Below, in pieces: positions 61,589 to 64,000 of a DNA stretch of 64,000 nt. The position numbers were made by a program, and so were the translations under genes. The stretch is taken from the NCBI GenBank assembly GCA_046297835.1, contig JBKBHI010000006.1, positions 112,229 to 176,228 of the forward strand, in the 5' to 3' direction. Numbering within the stretch: the stretch's first letter is position 1; every line of letters starts with the position of its first letter. Under the pieces are notes generated by a model. It was not told the origin of the DNA. It saw nothing but the letters and a program-made list of their open reading frames with translations, and ran no database searches. This stretch comes from Alphaproteobacteria bacterium (lineage in GTDB: Bacteria; Pseudomonadota; Alphaproteobacteria; SMXQ01).

Positions 61589-62311
61589 TTAGTGGAGGTG
61601 GATCGCGTCGTGCAGATACAGGCAGGTCAGCACGGTGAAGACGTAGGCCTGCAGGAACGCCACGAGCGTTTCGAGAATGTAGAGCGGGATGATGATCGCG
61701 ATGGGCGCGACGCCGGCGGCGCCGAGCAGCACGACGAAGCCGGCGAACACCTTGAGCATGGTGTGGCCCGCCATCATGTTGGCGAACAGACGCAGCGACA
61801 GGGTGACCGGGCGCGTCAGGTACGAGATCAGCTCGATGGGGATCAGCAGCGGCGCCATGTACATCGGCGCGCCGTTCGGCATGAAGTAGGTGAAGAACTT
61901 CAGGCCGTGCTTGGCGATGGCGACGATGGTGACGCCGACGAACACCAGCGCGGCGAGCGCGAAGGTGACGATGATGTGGCTGGTCACGGTGAAGCTGTAG
62001 GGGATCAGGCCGATCATGTTGGCGAACAGCACGAACATGAACAGCGAGAAGACGAACGGGAAATAGGGGCGGCCTTCGCGGCCGACGTTTTCCCTGACCA
62101 ATCCGGCGACGAATTCGTAGCTCAGCTCAGCCATCGACTGCCAGCGGCCCGGCACCATCGCGCCGCGGCGCATGCCGACCATCAGGAACAGCGTGATCGC
62201 CGTGATGACGATCACCATGAACAGCGAGGAATTGGTGAAGGAGGCGTCGACGCCGCCCACCTCCAGCGGAACGATTCTTTTGATCTCGAACTGCTCAAGA
62301 GGTCCGGCCAC
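61589..62311 (-). CDS. atpB: F0 ATP synthase subunit a
   Basis: PLEQF, FTNSS, PGRWQS..E, RPVTLSLRLFANM.AGH, LQAYVF..L. Confidence 0.96.
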   Translation of the reverse strand: MAGPLEQFEIKRIVPLEVGGVDASFTNSSLFMVIVITAITLFLMVGMRRGAMVPGRWQSMAELSYEFVAGLVRENVGREGRPYFPFVFSLFMFVLFANMIGLIPYSFTVTSHIIVTFALAALVFVGVTIVAIAKHGLKFFTYFMPNGAPMYMAPLLIPIELISYLTRPVTLSLRLFANMMAGHTMLKVFAGFVVLLGAAGVAPIAIIIPLYILETLVAFLQAYVFTVLTCLYLHDAIHLH

Positions 62312-62464
62312 GGCTCACTCGTCTTTTTGGACCCGCCCCGTTACACGGAGCGCGGTCTGGTTGCTTGGCGTCGGCCCCGTCTTTGAGGAGCCGCGCCGGG
62401 TCATCTCGCTTGGGAGCAGATTCGCGCCTGCGCCCTTATGGCGCAGCGGAAGATCGCGCGCCGG

Positions 62465-62851
62465 TTATTCCGGCTTGCCGTCGGCGTCGTCCGGTTTCGG
62501 CTTCGGGTTCGGGTTAAGGTGCCCGCCCGCCAGCCGGCCGGTGGCGCGATAGACGTTCATGATGCCGGCGGCCGACCCCAGCAGGAACAGGGGGATCATC
62601 AGCCATGGCCGCGTGCCGAGCCATTCGTCGAGCAGCCATCCGATGCCGGTGCCCACCGCGACGGCCGAAACCATCTCGATGCCGATCCGAAGCATAAGCC
62701 CCATGCCGGAAAGATCGGCCCCGCCCTGACCGGAGCCCGCCCCCGGGTCCCTGGCGCGTCGCGCGCTTTTGATGCGCGCGCCCAGGTCTTCGAGTGTCGG
62801 ACCTCGCCGATCGGGATCTTCGGGAGGAGGCGGAGGATGACTGTCGGTCAT
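62465..62851 (-). CDS. atpI: AtpZ/AtpI family protein
   Basis: EMVSAV.VG..IGW.LD.WLGTRPW....F.LG..AG..NVYR. Confidence 0.88.
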   Translation of the reverse strand: MTDSHPPPPPEDPDRRGPTLEDLGARIKSARRARDPGAGSGQGGADLSGMGLMLRIGIEMVSAVAVGTGIGWLLDEWLGTRPWLMIPLFLLGSAAGIMNVYRATGRLAGGHLNPNPKPKPDDADGKPE

Positions 62852-62900
62852 GCCAAACGCGCGAACGTCCTCGCTGCCACTACCGCAGCAAAGCGCGCGC

Positions 62901-62930
62901 ACCATAAGGTTTGCGGGGCTTCGCTGTCAA
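62901..62930 (-). promoter_or_regulatory. sigma70 promoter of the atp operon (TTGACA-N18-TATGGT)
   Basis: Perfect -35 TTGACA on the minus strand at 62930-62925, 50-80 nt upstream of atpI. Confidence 0.65.
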
Positions 62931-63041
62931 CGCGGAAATGGCCCGCACGTTCCCCATGCAGCCGGTTGAAATCGTTGGCAAAAAGCCGCGCCGAAGGGGC
63001 CGTTTGGGCGGCCTTCCGCGAGCCTGCCGGCGCGGCCAAAC

Positions 63042-63065
63042 AAAAGGCCCCGCCGAAGCGGGGCC
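63042..63065 (-). terminator. Intrinsic terminator after smc
   Basis: Minus strand GGCCCCGC-TTCG-GCGGGGCC-TTTT. Confidence 0.8.
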
Positions 63066-63092
63066 GATCGTCGGAAAAAGCGCCGGAAACCG

Positions 63093-64000
63093 TCACGCGA
63101 TCGCCCGCAGGTGGCTGACGCCCTTGAGGTCGACCGAGACGAGTTGGGAGACGCCGCGCTCGGGCATGGTGACGCCGAACAGGCGGTCCATGCGGGCCAT
63201 GGTGTGGCGGTGGTGGGTGATGACCAGGAAGCGCGTGTTGGCGCGCCGGCCGATCTCTTCCACCAGGTTGCAGAAGCGCGTGATGTTGGAATCGTCGAGC
63301 GGCGCGTCCACTTCGTCCAGCACGCAGATCGGCGCCGGGTTGGTCATGAACACGGCGAACAGCAGCGCCGTGGTGGTCAGCGCCTTCTCGCCGCCCGAGA
63401 GCAGCGACAGGACTTGCAGCTTCTTGCCCGGCGGGGACGCCATGATCTCGAGACCGGCTTCGAGCGGATCTTCCGCTTCGGTCAGCGTCAGGTGCGCCGT
63501 GCCGCCGCCGAACAGGCGGGTGAACAGCTCGGTGAAGTGCTTGTTCACCGCCTCGAAGGCGGCGAGGAAGCGCTCGCGCCCCTCGCGGTTCAGCTCGTTG
63601 ATGCCTTGGCGCAGGCGGGCGATGGCCTGGATCAGGTCCTCGCGCTCGCTCTGCATCCCGACGACCTTCTCTTCGAGCTCGGTCGCCTCGACCTCGGCGC
63701 GCAGGTTCACCGGGCCCATATTGTCGCGCTCGCGCACCAGACGCTCGAAGCGCGCCTCGGCGGTCGATTGCTCTGGCAGCTCCTCTTCCGTCACTTCGGC
63801 GATGGCGAGCAGGTTCTCCGGCGGGCATTGCAGCTTCTCGGCGATGCGCTCGGCGAGATCGGTGAGCACCTGTTGCGAGGTGCCGACGACGCCTTCGCCG
63901 CGCACGCGCTCTTCGCGCGCCGTGGCGAGCTTGCCTTCGGTCGATTTCAGCGCGCGGTCGGCGGCGACCTGCGCCGTCTCGGCGGCGGCCAGCGCGTCGG
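63093..64000 (-). CDS. smc: Chromosome segregation protein SMC, C-terminal part (runs off the window)
   Basis: MGPVNLRA, LFGGG.A.L, PPGKK, LLSGGEKALT, CVLDEVDAPLD, VITH. Confidence 0.96.
   Translation of the reverse strand, partial: DALAAAETAQVAADRALKSTEGKLATAREERVRGEGVVGTSQQVLTDLAERIAEKLQCPPENLLAIAEVTEEELPEQSTAEARFERLVRERDNMGPVNLRAEVEATELEEKVVGMQSEREDLIQAIARLRQGINELNREGRERFLAAFEAVNKHFTELFTRLFGGGTAHLTLTEAEDPLEAGLEIMASPPGKKLQVLSLLSGGEKALTTTALLFAVFMTNPAPICVLDEVDAPLDDSNITRFCNLVEEIGRRANTRFLVITHHRHTMARMDRLFGVTMPERGVSQLVSVDLKGVSHLRAIA

Noticed and set aside
62341-62404. 20-codon minus-strand ORF (MTGAAPQRRGRRQATRPRSV) between atpI and atpB
   Set aside because: No convincing RBS, no hydrophobic or conserved character; likely chance.

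Overview
High-GC alphaproteobacterial chromosome segment (the gene set and gene order suggest a Rhodospirillales-like lineage; this is inference). It is almost entirely core housekeeping: an M16 peptidase pair, pgi, mutL, rsmD/rluB, tadA, purD, xseA, a lipid A block (lpxL, lpxK, waaA, DUF374), pmbA/tldD, ubiD/ubiA, rsmE, gshA, an aa3-type cytochrome c oxidase operon, thrC, DsbD/Prx, rnhA-thrB-ispH, a glycine-riboswitch-controlled gcvT-H-PA-PB operon, the F0 ATP synthase operon and the 3' end of smc. I saw no CRISPR array, tRNA, rRNA, transposase or prophage. Four things stand out. (1) A four-gene accessory block at 8611-13199 contains a YddA/BclA-type ABC half-transporter whose NBD has lost Walker A, the signature, the Walker B Asp and the H-switch. 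It sits with an Asp-box beta-propeller protein, a GH1 beta-glucosidase and a small eRF1/pelota-like protein preceded by an FNR/FixK-like box. (2) A dispersed family of CGTC-tagged 31-nt REP hairpins has 11 complete copies plus 1 partial, arranged as five inverted heterodimers plus extra units at one locus, with fully compensated stem variation. (3) A perfect 19-bp inverted repeat is built around the gcv promoter. (4) There are candidate sigma54 and EcfG promoters in front of small DUF genes. All family assignments come from motif recognition by eye; no database searches were run.
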